The position numbers were made by a program, and so were the translations under genes. Source: the human T2T-CHM13v2.0 reference genome, Homo sapiens. Taken from it: a DNA stretch of 64,000 nt. Below the pieces are notes generated by a model. That model made no database searches, was not told where the DNA came from, and worked only from the letters and a program-made list of their open reading frames with translations. Positions 20,783 to 41,510 of the stretch are shown piece by piece. Position 1 is the stretch's first letter. Each line of letters opens with the position of its first letter. The stretch is taken from the NCBI RefSeq assembly GCF_009914755.1, contig NC_060939.1. One strand, given 5' to 3'.

Positions 20783-20861
20783 ACATTACCGAAAGTTTCT
20801 CTCTGAAAAAGATGACAGATTTCAATGTGTGAACTCCGCAGCCTCAGAGTTTGAGAAATAA
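20783..20861 (-). other. DENND4A: DENND4A non-coding 5'UTR exon (79 nt)
   Basis: Acceptor cttactgttttcaataCAG and a perfect donor TGT|GTAAGT in non-repetitive sequence. Consistent with recall of a short untranslated second exon. Confidence 0.75.
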
Positions 20862-21284
20862 CTGTATTGAAAACAGTAAGAATTGGACTTAAATTCATTC
20901 CAATCAAATATTTCCCCCAATATGCCTGTGGATACTTAAAGTTCTGTTAACAGTGATAATTACTAAACTGATTGCATTTATTGTTTTCTTGTGGTTAAGA
21001 GCCAATAAGCAATTTTTAAAAACAAGATTTCAGTAAAGAATAAATACATACTTTAAAAACAAAACATGCTGAAGAGAGGCAATGAGAAAAAAAAAGAAAA
21101 AACTAGCAGATAAGGGGGAAAAAAAGAAAGCAAGAAGAATAAATAAGGGTACAAAAGAGGAAATGTGTACAGGGCAAAGAGTGTGAGAAAGAACAACATG
21201 ACTATTTCTGGGGCACTGTACAGAGCCTCATTCACAGGGGAAAAATGTATACATTTAACATAATTCAAATATAGACTCAAGTAA

Positions 21285-22322
<1,038 letters not shown>

Positions 22323-23149
22323 CTTACATAGAATCATTTATATCAAATCTCACCAAGGAACCAAATTCTTCTGAACAAGAGAATAAGCAATGTCATATTA
22401 CAGAATTCAATATGCCAGTATCTTATTTTTTTAAATTAAGTAATTTAGTAACTTGTAATTATGAGTCATTTTAAACACTAGATGGAAAGATGATGCCACC
22501 GACAAAGTCTTAAGAGTAGAGCCAGACCAACTGTATTGTACCAAGCACTATAGGTTAGCTTTAACACTGGACACATGCACACACAAAATGAAGTTCAGTA
22601 AGAGTCAATAGCTTCTGCGGGGAAACAAGCACAGAAATCATAAGCACCTCAAGAGGAAGAAACCACAGCTTTAACCAACATGGAATATCTACTAACAACC
22701 AGGAAACAGGAGCAGCTACACCCAGACACAAGATTCATCTAACTTGGTTAGGTCCTTGACATGTGTGTGTCTGTGAGAAGTGGAAGAGAAGGGGGTAAGG
22801 GCATAAACTGAGTCAAGAATTTAATAAACACCAGGTACAGTGGCTCATGTCTATAATCCCAGCACTTTGGGAGGTTGAGGCGTGTGGATCACTTGAGCTC
22901 AGGAGTTTGAGACATGGCAAAATCCTGTCTCTACAAAAAATACCAAAGTAGCCAGGTGTTGGTGGTGCAGTCCTGTAGTCCTAGCTCCTTGGTGGGGCTG
23001 AGATGGGAGGATTGCTTGAGCCCAGGAGGTCGAGGCTGCAGTGAGCCTTGTTCACACCACTGCACTCCAGCCAGCCTGAGTGACCAAGCAAGACCTTGTC
23101 TCAAAAAAAAAAAAAAAAAAAAAAAATTCGATAGTGTCTTGAAATAGAG

Positions 23150-24830
<1,681 letters not shown>

Positions 24831-25054
24831 TTGTTATTTTTAATTGAAACTTTTAGTTTGAGATAATTGTAGATTCATATTCAGTTGAAAGAAATAATAG
24901 AGAGCTGGTATACCTTTCACCCCGTTTTCTTCAAATGGTAACATCTTGCAAAACTATAGCACAGCTGTATTACTGACATTGATACAATTCACCTGTCTCA
25001 TCCTGATTTCCCCAGTTTTATTTGTATTCATCTGTGTGTGTGTTTAGTTCTATG

Positions 25055-25253
25055 CAGTTTTATCACATGTGCATAATACAACATATCCATCACCAAAATC
25101 AAGATACAGTACAGTTCCATTACAAGGATCCCTAGTATTGCCCTGTATAAGCACAGTTTTGTCACATGTGCATAAAACCATGTATCCATTACCAAAGACA
25201 AGATGCAGCGCACTTCCATCACAAGGGTCCCTAGTGTTGCCCTTTTATAAGCA
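25055..25253. repeat. Diverged ~99-nt tandem duplication within an antisense L1M fragment
   Basis: cagtttt(a/g)tcacatgtgcataa...ccctagt(a/g)ttgccct..tataagcac occurs twice. Confidence 0.85.
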
Positions 25254-25567
25254 CACACACTGCCCTCCCTGATTCACCCCATTATCCCTAATCCCTGTGG
25301 AGTGGTATATTTTTATCACAAAGTACATACGGCCAATGAAATGCAGAGATATATTTCCAAAAACAATACTTTCTTACAAAATAGATGCAGAAGCCGGGCG
25401 CGGTGGCTCACGCCTGTAATCCCAACACTTTGGGAGGCCAAGGCAGGTGGATCACGAGGTCAGGAGCTCAAGACCAGCCTGGCCAACATAGTGAAACCCT
25501 GTCTCTACTAAAAAATTACAAAAATTAGCCGGATATGGTGGTGCACGCCTGTAGTCCCAGCTACTCA

Positions 25568-25765
<198 letters not shown>

Positions 25766-25816
25766 TCAGGCATCCAGAACATTATACTTGAACATAATTA
25801 AACAAACATATAAATA

Positions 25817-26092
25817 CAGTTGACTCTTGAACAACACTGATTTGAACTGTGCAGTTCCACTTACACATGGTTTTCTTTTTTTTGCAATAAATATGTCAGC
25901 CCTCAGTATGGGCAATTTTGCATCTGCAACCAACTTGGATCAAAAATATGGTATTGTGGGACACGAAAGCTGCAAAAATAGGCCAGCTTTTTGTATCCAC
26001 AAGTTCTCAACAGGCAACTGTGGGGCTTGAGTGGATTTTGGAATCCACAGGTGGTCCTGGAACTGGTCCCCAGCAGACAGTGAGGGATACTA
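25817..26092 (+). mobile_element. Tigger2-family non-autonomous element (MER8-like)
   Basis: Starts tacagttgactcttgaacaacactgatttgaactgtgcagttccacttac, resembling the Tigger2 terminus. Confidence 0.7.
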
Positions 26093-27769
26093 CACACAGA
26101 CATATATAGGCACACAAAAGATAAGGAGGGCAGAGAGTGATCATCCATTAAATCCCAATGAAAACCAATCTACTAAATTCTGAGATAAATTTTCCTATCC
26201 TGGCTAAGTTCCAGACCGAAAATAAGTGGACAACATAAAATAATGCTACAGAACTACAGTGAGGATTCCTACATATATAAGAACATTAAAAAAAAGGAGT
26301 ATTATACTGTGTTCAGGGGCAACCCTGTCCCTCACCCAGAAATTAGGTTGCAGCTGAAGTAGCTGCTATTCCCTTGAGAATATGGATCTGTTCTGGACAG
26401 AATAAGAACACACTGGAAATAACAGTGTTAATATACAGATACCTCTTGTTTCCAGACCGACTATAAACAATTCAAAGGCAGAAACTTTGTGCTCTACTTT
26501 TTGATTCTCTCACATGCATAGCAGTTATAAACACATGGTAGGTGTGTAAATATTTACTCAATGGATGAGGTCAGCACAGTAGAAAAAAATGAGAAAGTTA
26601 AAACACCACAGAATCATGGGATTTTAGAGCTAGGAAGGTCCTTAGAGATATTGTTTCAAGTACCTTTAGTATAATTGAACAAACTGAGGCATAAAAATTA
26701 ACCAGCTTGCCTGTCTAACATACCATATGTCTTATTTATTCTCTCTCTTTCCACAAGATTGTAAGTTCCATGAGGGTACAGATTTTTCTGTTTTATTCAC
26801 TGCTGCATAACCAGCACCTAGAACAGTACCTGGCAAATAGTATATGGTGAATATCTGTTAAATGAATGATTATTTATTTATTTGGCACAAAGACTCATTC
26901 TGTCACCCAGGCTGGAGTGCAGTGGTGTAATTATAGCTCATTGCAGCCTCAAACTCCTGGGCCAAGCAATTCTCCTACCTTGCCTCCCATAAAATGCTGG
27001 GATTACAGGCATGAACCACCTGTAATCCAACCAGGAATAATTTTTAAAATGCAACTGATACCATTATCGAGTACCATGGGATGGTCAGAAGTAAAAGAAC
27101 AGATGTAAACATAGAAACACAAACACATTATTTAAATTTAGTGTTGAATGAAATCAGTAAGAAGCAGAAAGGAATCTACAGCAAAATAGCATTTATATAA
27201 ACTTAAAACATATATATTAAAGTTAGCATGATAGTTTTCAAAGACATTCAGGATGATATATTAGACATATTCAAATGGACAACTGTGAGGGAAAGGGAAT
27301 TGGATGAAGACGAGAGATAAAGGAGAATAAAATAAAGCAGGGCTTCATACAAGTTAGTCACAAAAGTATACCATGAAATGAAAAATATGATGAAATCAGT
27401 TCTCCGTATCTCAGGTGCTCTTACCCCACTTCCTTCCAGAGAGAAATATGTAACCACTGGTTTCAGCAAACCTCAAATCAGTGTGGAGTGTAGTGGCACG
27501 ATCATGGCTCACCTCAAGTGATCCTCCCACCTCAGCCTCCTAAGTAGCTTGGGACTATAGGCGCACACCACCACGTCTGGCTAATTTATCTTTTTCTTTT
27601 TTTTGGGTAGAGATGCGGTTTTGCCATGTTGCCCAGGCTGGTCTCGAACTCCTGGTCTTGAACTCCTGGGCTCAAGTGATCTGCCCGTGCCGGCATCCCA
27701 AAGTGTTGGAATAACAAGCATGAGCTACTGCACCTAGCCTGTTTTTTTCGTTTTGTTTTGTTCTTTTAC

Positions 27770-28700
<931 letters not shown>

Positions 28701-29119
28701 AGTAAGACCTTATATTTGGTGAGTAAGATGGCTTAGAAATAAATAAAAACCTTTTTTCCTCCACAAACATAAACATTCCTCTGAGCTCTCTAAAATACTG
28801 ATTTGTTGTTCCTGTTTTAATTCATTGCTGAATACAACTATATGAAAACTATAAAATGTAGTAAGGTTTAGCAGCTACATGCTCTGAAATCACTTCAGCC
28901 AAATTAAAATCCTGGTTCTATCCAGCATTAGATTATCAGATACGCAAATAAGCTCATGGCTTGGGTATTTTAAAATAAGGGACCAAAAAAAGTATAAATT
29001 CAATTCAAATAATTTGATGTAAATCACTTAATGAGGTACTCGTCATTTTAAAAAACCAGAAATATGCTGAGTTTGCTTATCTTTTGTTTATTTTATGGTT
29101 TGGTATTGATTTTCTTTTC

Positions 29120-31577
29120 TTTTTTTTCATTTTAGCAGTTTTATTCAACAGATGCCATAAATTAACTACATTCAGAAAAAAATTTAAAGAACAAAGCCAC
29201 CCTATCCAGCATTCTTTCACTCACAAAGAAGTACCAAAGATATGTTTATGTTCCATTAACCGAGTATGCAGCAAATTCATTAAAATATTACAACTGCTAA
29301 ACACAGAAGACCAGAAATCAAATAGTTTTATCTCCAGTATACAGGCACCAAAAACTTCAATTTCCAGCTGTTTTTTTTTTCTAATTCATAATATGGAATT
29401 ACTTACAAGGAGCTTATTCCTATAGGATTAATTCAATTACTCAATGGTGAATAGATTTTAGCTCAGTATTTTTAAAGGAGGACTTGCTTTAAGTTACTAT
29501 TCTACCTGCTGCTCTATTTCTGCTCACACTTGCATGTGGCCAAACAGATCATGCTCTGATCAGATAAGTATACTATAATCTACTTACATGTTTAGGAGTT
29601 GGCATAAGGTTAAAAGGCACAAAGCTGTATTTTAGTATTCATTTTTCTTATTACTTATTTGTAGAAGAACTTCTTTGGATCCTGCTTAAATGATCACCAA
29701 GAAACTGCAAATTTCTATGGGGGAAAATGTGAGTCCTCTTCATAAATTTTGGCAGCCCTTCAAGGACATACACATCAAAATTTGGTGGCCTTTAAAGTAT
29801 TGGAATTGTAAATGACATAACTGCACTTTACTGTTGAAGACCCTTTTAGTTTACTATTTATAGCCATTTCCTCATATTTTCTTTAAAATCTATCAGTATA
29901 GCATTTCATTTCTATGCATGTATATGTATAGTAATTCATAAAACTAAATAGCAAAATGATATTCTACATCAGTTCATTTATCTCAATATATATTTTGGAA
30001 TATAACGGCAATATTAAAAATATCAATTCCCTCTAAGCTGATAATACTATAAGATTTTACACAAAGTTAAAGTTTTTGTTTTTTCTTTTTGAAAAAGTTT
30101 CATTGTTTAAAGTCCACATATTTGACACCTTGATAAGGAAAACGTAAATGTGTCATATAACATTTATTCCATCAATTTAAACTGAAGTGTCTCACGGAGC
30201 AAAACACTAAAAGAATTTAAATAAAAAAGCAGTAACCTGTATGTACACAAAGTGATCATTCCATAAATCTTTACATGACAAGGGAAAAAATGGAGAATCA
30301 CTAAAACTGGAAATTGCTACAGGTGTGATAATCCTTTCTCAAGACATTTTAGTTAGGAATCATGCAAGCTTTTAAAATGAAAATAATTGTAGAAGCGTAA
30401 CTAAAATATTCCATTTTAGTTTTCAGTTACTATTTAAAGGAGCCAGTAGGTCATAAACAGTCCAAGATTTCAGGAACCAACTATTCAGTTTAATTTTCAG
30501 TATCAGATCTTTCCCTTCATCTCTCATGATGAAACTAAACTTACTTACAGAAAAAATAAAGAGTACGCTAAAAGGTATAAATAAAAATTCCAGTTCATCC
30601 TCCTTTATAAAGACCGGTAAGCCGCTCTAATTCTTTACAGTTGTCCATGCTCAAGGCATCTGACTTCCTTCGGAGTCGATCACCACGGTATACTTTTGCT
30701 GCATACTGCATATCTGTTTTTTGTTGTCTTTCTTTCCAGCAGTTATTTCGAATATTAGTCACATAATCTTCCTCCACACTCTTTTCTGCCTTTTGTAATA
30801 ACATTCCTTTATATTCATTTTTAAAGTCCTTGCTGACATAATAAACACCACCCAAGTTTTCTGTCTGCGTTTTAATAGTTTGCCCTGTTCCAGATCTGGG
30901 ATAGAAGGAATAAGGAGGATTACAGACCATCAACTGGCTTAATAATGACACGAGGATCAATACAATTATGGGCATCAGCTGGATAAACACAGAAAAACCT
31001 CCATCTCCTCTTTCCTCTTCTCTTTCATGTCCACTATGTCAATGCTGATGTTGTTGGCTATAACCAGCTCTTCCATTTGAAAAAGAATGTATACTACCTG
31101 AAGGAAATCCACCCCCAAAAAATATATTAAACAAGTCTTCTGGAGTTATATCAACTTCACAAAACCTCTATGGAAATTAAATCTGCCATTGTTTTGGTGG
31201 TTACATGCTTGTTCTTCATTGCCCGTGAGGTCATACTGTTTTCGCTTTTCTGGATTACTTAAAACAGCATAAGCATTCCCAACCTTTTTAAAAGCATCTG
31301 TTGCTCCAGGTGCATGGTTTTTGTCTGGATGAAACTTCAAAGCAAGCTTTCTATAAGCTTTTTTCAAATCTTCATCACCACTATCTTTCGTAACTCCAAG
31401 TACTTCATAGTAATTTTTATATTTGTTTATGCGCAGGCCAAGGGCAGTGGGTAGAGCTTCTCGGCCTTCTGCAGGAAACGCTGGGCCTTCTCGCGGTTGC
31501 CAGCATTCAGAGCCTCCTGGACGATGTCGACACATTTCTCAGCTTCATCCCTGTTCCCCTCCATAGCTTGCTCCTTC
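29120..31577 (-). pseudogene. DNAJB14P1: Processed pseudogene of DNAJB14 (J-domain, TM segment, C-terminal lumenal domain, ~1.5 kb 3'UTR)
   Basis: Intronless. ATG at 31564 ([11 protein letters not shown]...), HPD J-domain, stop at 30597-30595 (...LYKGG*). Lesions are a missing internal segment at 31432/31431, a 2-nt insertion near 31160-31164, and a premature TGA at 31041-31039. AATAAA at 29145-29140 is followed by an A-tail. TSDs are 29108-29119 and 31578-31589 (GATTTTCTTTTC / GATTTTATTTTC). The P1 symbol is from memory. Confidence 0.93.
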
Positions 31578-31715
31578 GATTTTATTTTCAATTACATTAG
31601 CAACACCATTATCACTTCAATGTTTGGTGACTTAAAGGTCTAGAGACAGGAAATCATGACTCTGATTCTCTCATTCACTCATCTGACAAATATTTATTGA
31701 ATACTGAAATGGACA

Positions 31716-32730
<1,015 letters not shown>

Positions 32731-34710
32731 CCTCTACCATGTGGTCTGAAGAACCAGGCACTAAAACACAAAGACAAATGAGACATGACCCTGCCTTACA
32801 GCGGTTTAATAGAGAAGGCAGACAAGAAAACAAGCAATATAATACATGATAAGTCTATAACAGGAGTAATCACAGGAAGCACAAGAAGGACACACAGCTT
32901 AGGCTTGAGGAGTCAAAAAAGAACGACACCATCTAAATTCTGAAATATCAGTAGGTGATAGAGGAGAGATGGAAGGGGATTCCACATGAAAGGAGGAACA
33001 AGCACAATGGATATCACCTTTTCTTTACTCATCATTTCCTTCCTGGACAGTATCAAAAGTATATTTGAATATACCTCAATAAAGTTAGAGGGAAACATAT
33101 TTGAAAGATAACAGTGACAAAAGGAAGACTGGTCACTTTTGTCGCTTTTATCACAAACCTCATGCTTCAAACATACACACACCACTGCTGCCGCCTCCAC
33201 AAATCTGGCCAAAACTACTTTCCTTCTCTCCTTCTCATCTCAGTCACTTCACAGAACAGTCAACCTGGGCTTTTTAGGGGTTTTTTTGTTTGTTTGTTTT
33301 TGGTTGGTTGATTATTTTTAATGGGGTGGAGGAGGAATCATGAATGAGTGGATAAAGGAATTGAAAAGAGAAGTAAAGGTGTTAATCAACTGTCATCAGG
33401 GTAGTGAAGCACAAGGCATTCTGCCAACTGCCTACACTGGTTTTGCTTAACAGTAGGTACAATTTTATGAAGAAAAATACTGATATAAAATGTTTTATTG
33501 GCTGGGTGTGGTGGCTCATGCCTGTAATCCCAGCACTTTGGAGGCCGAGGTTGGTGGATCACTTGAGGTCACGAGTTCGAGACCAGCTTGGCCAACATGG
33601 TGAAACCCTGTCTCTACTAAAAATAAAAAAATTGGCCAGGCACGGTGGCTCACGCCTGTAATCCCAGCACTTTGGGAGGCCAAGGAGGGTGGCTCACCTG
33701 AGGTGGGGAGTTTGAGACCAGCCTGACCAACATGGAGAAACCCAGTCTCTACTAAAAATACAAAATTAGCCAGGTGTGGTGGCGCATGCCTGTAATCTCA
33801 GCTACTCAGAAGGCTGAGGCAGGAGAATAGCTTGAACCCAGGAGGTGGAGGTTGCGGTGAGCCCAGATTGAGCCACTGCACTCCAGCCTGGGCAACAAGA
33901 GTGAAACTCCATCTCAAAAAAATTAAAATAAAAAATAAAAAAGTTAGCCAGGCATGGTGGTGTGCACCTGTAATCCCAGCTACTTGGGAGGCTGAGGCAG
34001 GAGAATCGTTTGAACCTGGGAGGCAGAGGTTGCTGAGTGAGCTGAGATCGTGCCACTGCACTCCAGCCTGGGCAACAAAGTGAGACCCTGTCTCAAAAAA
34101 ATAAAATAAAAATAAAAATAAGATGTTTTATAAAATAACATATATATGCTATTTTCTCTAAAATTATAAAATTTCAGAATGACATTGATTTTAGAGATTA
34201 TGTTTTAAAATTACATAGGCTTATACAATGTATTATTTTTGCTTTTTTTAAAAAAAAATTTTGTGGATACTTAACAGTTTTACAAATGTTTACTTTTTTT
34301 TTTTTTTTTTTTGAGAGACAAGGTTTCACTCTGTTACCCAGGCTGGAATGCAGTGGCACAATTATAGCTCACCTTAACTTCGAACTCCTTGGCTCAAGCA
34401 ATCCTCCTGCCTCAGCCTCCCAAGTAGCCACCACACACAGCCCATATGTTTACTTTAATAAAAAATATGCACTTCATAAGCTTTATAAGCTCTACCATTT
34501 TCAGTCATCCACTGCATGAAGGTCCAGGCTTATACAGGAAAAACTACCATAAAAGTAAACTAACAAACCAACCACTATTAGAAAAATTTGAGACCCCATC
34601 TCTACAAAAAAATTTTTTTAATTAGCTGGGCATGATTGCTCATGCCTGTGGTCCCAGCTACTCAGGAGGCTGAGGTGGGAGGTTTGCTTGAGCCCAGGAG
34701 GTCAAGGCTA

Positions 34711-35115
<405 letters not shown>

Positions 35116-36482
35116 TCAGTGACATCTCATTCCCAATTCCCAAAATGACATCAAAATTATATAACAAAAAGTGATTTGAGTATTCTACAATGTACAACTG
35201 CCTCTTGAAAAAGGCAATCATTACTACCATGTGAAGGACAGGTATGAAAAAAAGTTTTAGTTTAAGTTTCATTAAGTTAAATGGGGTAAAAATTCACTTC
35301 AGTCATACTGAACCATTTACAGTTTCCCCCTTTACACAACTCCATGCCACCTTTGCAAATTCAGTTCCTCCTATCAGAATATCTCTATTCCAATGGTCAA
35401 CTGCTATGTAATATTGGAGACCTGCTCTTCGAAGCCTTCCTTACTGTTTTCTCCATGAGACCGTCATTCTCTTTTTGTATGCTTCTAGAGTATCTTGTAC
35501 ATATCTCTACTATGATTATCCCATTAATATTCCAATTATTTCTTTGAACATCTATTCTTCTCAACTAGATTATGCACTAAGAGTAAGCAATGTTACACCC
35601 CCATTTCTGTAAATATCTGTTTTAGCATACTCCCTGGCAGAGAGAAGTCAGTCAATAAATGTTTGCTAAATAAAGAATGATGTGATGTATTAATGGTATT
35701 AATATTAAAGAAGGTATATATCATCATACACATATGCTCATAAAATAATGACTCAAACTTCCAATTCTGTATGCAGAAGCTAATCACCTCCATTGTTTTT
35801 TACTTAAAAAAGGGAGACATTTTTAGTCTTCACAATAATCATGTATAGATTGGGGATGAAATAATTTAAGTTTCCTACTATATATAAAGCCACTGAGCAG
35901 TAACTTTTTTATTTCATAAAAATCATAATTTTTTTAATCATTAAGTATCCCTTTGTATCCACCACCTTTTAGAAAGTCTATTTACCTACACACCTATCCT
36001 CTGAGAATTGTATGTCCTGTATCATTCCCCTTCCATAAAAATTGGGCCTGAAAGCCATGTTTTATGAACCTTTGGCTTCATCGGCCACAGTTGATTAGAC
36101 CAGAAAGAGATACCTGCCTCAGACTCAATTTTCTCCCAGAGGTTCAGAATGAAATCACAGAACCATGAGCGAATATATGAATTTAAGAGTTAGAAGACAT
36201 GTCCATCCACGTGCAGTGGTGAAAGACAACATGCAAAGTAAGAAAAATGAAGTGGAAAAGCAGGAAGACTCAGAGAAATCATGCTACCCCAGGGTAGTAA
36301 GAAAATAGCTGCATGGGGCTGGGCACGGTGGCCTGTAATCCCAGCAAGTTGGAAGGACGAGGCAGGAGGATCACTTGAGGCCAGGAGTTCGAGGCCAGCC
36401 TGGACAACACGGTGAAACCCCATCTCTACTAAAAATACAAAAATGAGCCAGCCATGGTGGCATGTGCCTGTAATCCCAGCTA

Positions 36483-36663
<181 letters not shown>

Positions 36664-36703
36664 TCATGAGTCTTGGCTGTACTTCTATCATCGGGTACTG
36701 TGA

Positions 36704-37303
<600 letters not shown>

Positions 37304-37920
37304 TAAAAAGGTAGCTGGGCATGGTGGGATGCACCTGTAGTCCCAGCTACTGGAAGGCTGAGGCAGAAGAATCGCTTGAACCCGGAGGCAGAGGTCGCAG
37401 TGAGCTGAGATCAGGCCAATGCACTCCAGCCTGGGCGACAGAGGGAGACTCCGTATCAAAAAAAAAAGGCTGTTAAGCTGGTATCTTCAGATATTCCTCA
37501 GCACAATAAAATGAAAAATATTCACCAAACAGCAGTTTCAAACAATATTCTATAAATCCAACTTCAGTGTAGTTATGAGTAAGTATGAATAAAATTCTAT
37601 TACAAAGTTCTGGTGTCCAGAAAAAATGAGAGATTAATAGGGAATTTCTTAGACTTTATCTGAACAAATTATTTTTTAAAGAAAAATAATATCAGTTACT
37701 ACAATTTTGACCAAAAAGGGGGTGAGGTTTTTCTTCTCTGGTGATAACAGCCAGTCTTATCTAACAAGCCAAAGTAACACTGTATAGTTTCCCCCACCCA
37801 TCTACACCCATTTATCTTAAAAACATGACATTTCAGAGTCCTCAACTAAAATACTCAGTGGTAAAATACAGTGACCTAAAAAAAAAAAAAAAAAAAGCGT
37901 TCCCCAGTACCACAGTCATT

Positions 37921-38040
37921 ACAGCTATACCTCAGAAATACTACAGGTTAGGTTCCACATCACTACGATAAAACCAATATCACAATAAAGGAAGTCACAT
38001 GAATTTTTTGGTTTCCTAGTGCATATAAAAAGTTATGTTG
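37921..38040. mobile_element. Tigger1 terminal fragment
   Basis: cagctatacctcagaaata...ttttttggtttcctagtgcatataaaaagttatgtt resembles one Tigger1 end. Confidence 0.7.
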
Positions 38041-38136
38041 CAGGCCAGATGCAGTGGCTCATGCCTGTAATCCCAGCACTTTGAGAGGATGAGGCGGGCG
38101 GATCACGAGGTCAGGAGATCGAGACCATCCTAGCTA

Positions 38137-38349
<213 letters not shown>

Positions 38350-38586
38350 TCAGCTCAGAGGAGGCCAACATGCAATTAAATACTGACTGCTATAAAAAGG
38401 ATTTTAGGGCCCCATAAGGTGGTGCATGCCTACAGTTTCAGCCACTCAGAAGGCAGAGACAGTAAGACGGCTTGAGCCCAGGAATTTGAGGCCAACCTGG
38501 GAAATATGGCGAGACCACATGTCTAGAATAAATAAATAAAAATTAGAAGGAAAAAAAACCTTTGTTAATCTCAAGATACAAATTCA

Positions 38587-38871
<285 letters not shown>

Positions 38872-39067
38872 TCAAAAAAAAAAAAAAAAGAGAAGGAAAA
38901 AAAAGCTGTTTTTTAGTTTGTTTGTTTGTTTTGTTTTTAAAGACAAGAAACTGTTGCTGAGGCTGGGGTGTGTGGCACAATCATAGCTCACTGCTGCCTC
39001 AAACTCCTGGGCTCAAGTGATCCTCCCACCTCAGCCTCTACAGGGGAACACTACCATGCCTGGCTAG

Positions 39068-39445
<378 letters not shown>

Positions 39446-40399
39446 TGAGCCACCACACCTAGCAGGGAAAAAAAAAATTTAAGTAAAGATTTATTGTAAC
39501 TGTTTACAATAATGGAAGAAGGCAGAGGTATCAATAATTTTTAATGACATATTGCGGGCTCGAGAGATCCGTACGCCTTGGCCTCCCAAAGCGTTGGGAT
39601 TACAGGTGTGCACCACCCCGCTAGGCCCATTCTGTGCTCTTGTTCAACCTTTCTCTGTAACATGCTTTCATTTATGCCCGAATAAAAAAATATAGTCTTA
39701 GTACAGCTACCTCCCTCACACCTTAATCCAAAAGAGAAAAGGCTAGTTAAATGCTACAGTACAGATTAAATGAAGATTAAAAGTAAGTAAAGGGCATTCC
39801 TAGAGTTTAAACAGTGCTATTAATAAGAAAAGTATGCTGAATTTTAAATAAGCAACTAATTAAGTGGTACAATTAAGAAATACTAATCATCATCAACACC
39901 AATTTCAAATTTGTGACAGGACACCAAATGTTGGACCTCCTAGAAAGACTAATGGTCAACTTTCCATGACATTTTCAAAAGCTAGGGTTGTGTCTTTGAT
40001 TTTAAAACCCAGGATTAGTTGGTTTGTTCTTTCATTCACTAATTCATAGCCTGGTGGAGAAGATACATAAATTAAAATATTTAAGGGCAACGATAGTTAT
40101 AATAGCTTACTTACTGAATATTTATTAGTCATAGGCATTGTTCTAAGTACTTTACTTGCACTAGCAAACTTAAGCTTCACAAACACCTTATGAAGGCATC
40201 AATAACCCCATTTACAGGGAAGAAAATGAGGTACACAGAGTTAACACAGTCAAACAGCAAAGTCACGTTTCAATCCCAGACAGTCTGGGTCTGGAACCAA
40301 CTACTTTATCCTGCTTCTCCAATACTATAGTTCATTCCATAAATTCTTACTGAGTGCCATGTCTGGTCTGGGTGCTTGAGCTATAACATAGTTACCAAT

Positions 40400-41510
40400 A
40401 GATTATTCTGGGAGGGACCCAATTATCCAGGCAAGAGTATGGATCTGAGAAGGCGTTCTAGAGAAAGTAATGCCCAGCTGAGTCCTAAAAGTTGTAAAGG
40501 AGTTAGGTAGGCAAAAAGAAAAAGGAAGGAGGAAACAAAGGCATTCCAGGCAGAAGGACTACATAAGCAATGGTCAACAATCCAGAAATAGTACGTATAT
40601 TCAGCAAATCTTCAAAAAGTAGCTCTGCAGAGTTGGAGTGGAAAGTAGAAAGCAGAAATTACTAGAGTTAAGATTAGAGAACCAGGTAGAAGCCAAGTCA
40701 TGGAGAGTTTTAATGACATACTAAAACCTTATCATGTTGACAATGGGGAGTCAGTAAAGAATTTTCAGGTTTATGTTTCAAACATACCATTCTGGCAATT
40801 CTGAGAAGGTGAATCTCAAGGAGATAAAACCGAAGACAGGAAAACTACGAAAAAGTAAGGAAATAGTTCCTAATAACGCAGAAGTTGGAACAAGGATGCT
40901 GGGGAAGTGACTGATTCAAAAAATATTTAGGAGATAAATCCAGCAGAATTCAGTAAATAAATGGATGTAAGGAATGAGAGAGAGAGAGGGAGATGGAAGA
41001 AATCATGAATGATTCCAAAGTTTCTTCCTTGGTTGATGAAGTCAACAGTAGTCCATGATGTCTTTGAAAGAAAAACTATAGATAGGTAAATAAAGTCCAG
41101 TTTGGACAAGAAGAGATGAAGTGAAGGCGATAAATAAAATAATCTAATCTGATGCTTTGGAAAGATACTGATGCTGGAAAAAATGGCCTGGGGAGTAATG
41201 GGTAGATACATGGTAACTGAAACTATAGGGATAACTGTAACTTAGAACAATGTGAAGGCTGAGAAGAGCAACTGGCCAACTCAGAAACACCACTGTTTAT
41301 GGGACAGGCAGAGAATACACAAAAGGGGATGGCATAGTGGAAGTAATGGGACAGAGTTTCTTGAGAAAGTATTATTGTCACTGGTTACTTTACAAGAGCA
41401 AGTTTAGTGATATGAAAAAGTAGAAATTAAACTACAGTGGGATAAAGAGTAAATAAGAGAAAAAGGATTTTAGGGCCCCACAAGGGCCCTTGTCATTGAT
41501 ACAGACAACT
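40400..41510 (-). mobile_element. L2 fragment
   Basis: Purine-rich L2 antisense motifs (aatgattccaaagtttct, agttttggaca). Confidence 0.55.

Noticed and set aside
30595-31535. The 129-aa and 131-aa ORFs as a functional DNAJB14 paralog
   Set aside because: Fragmented by two frameshifts and a premature TGA. The poly(A) tail and TSDs mark a retrocopy.
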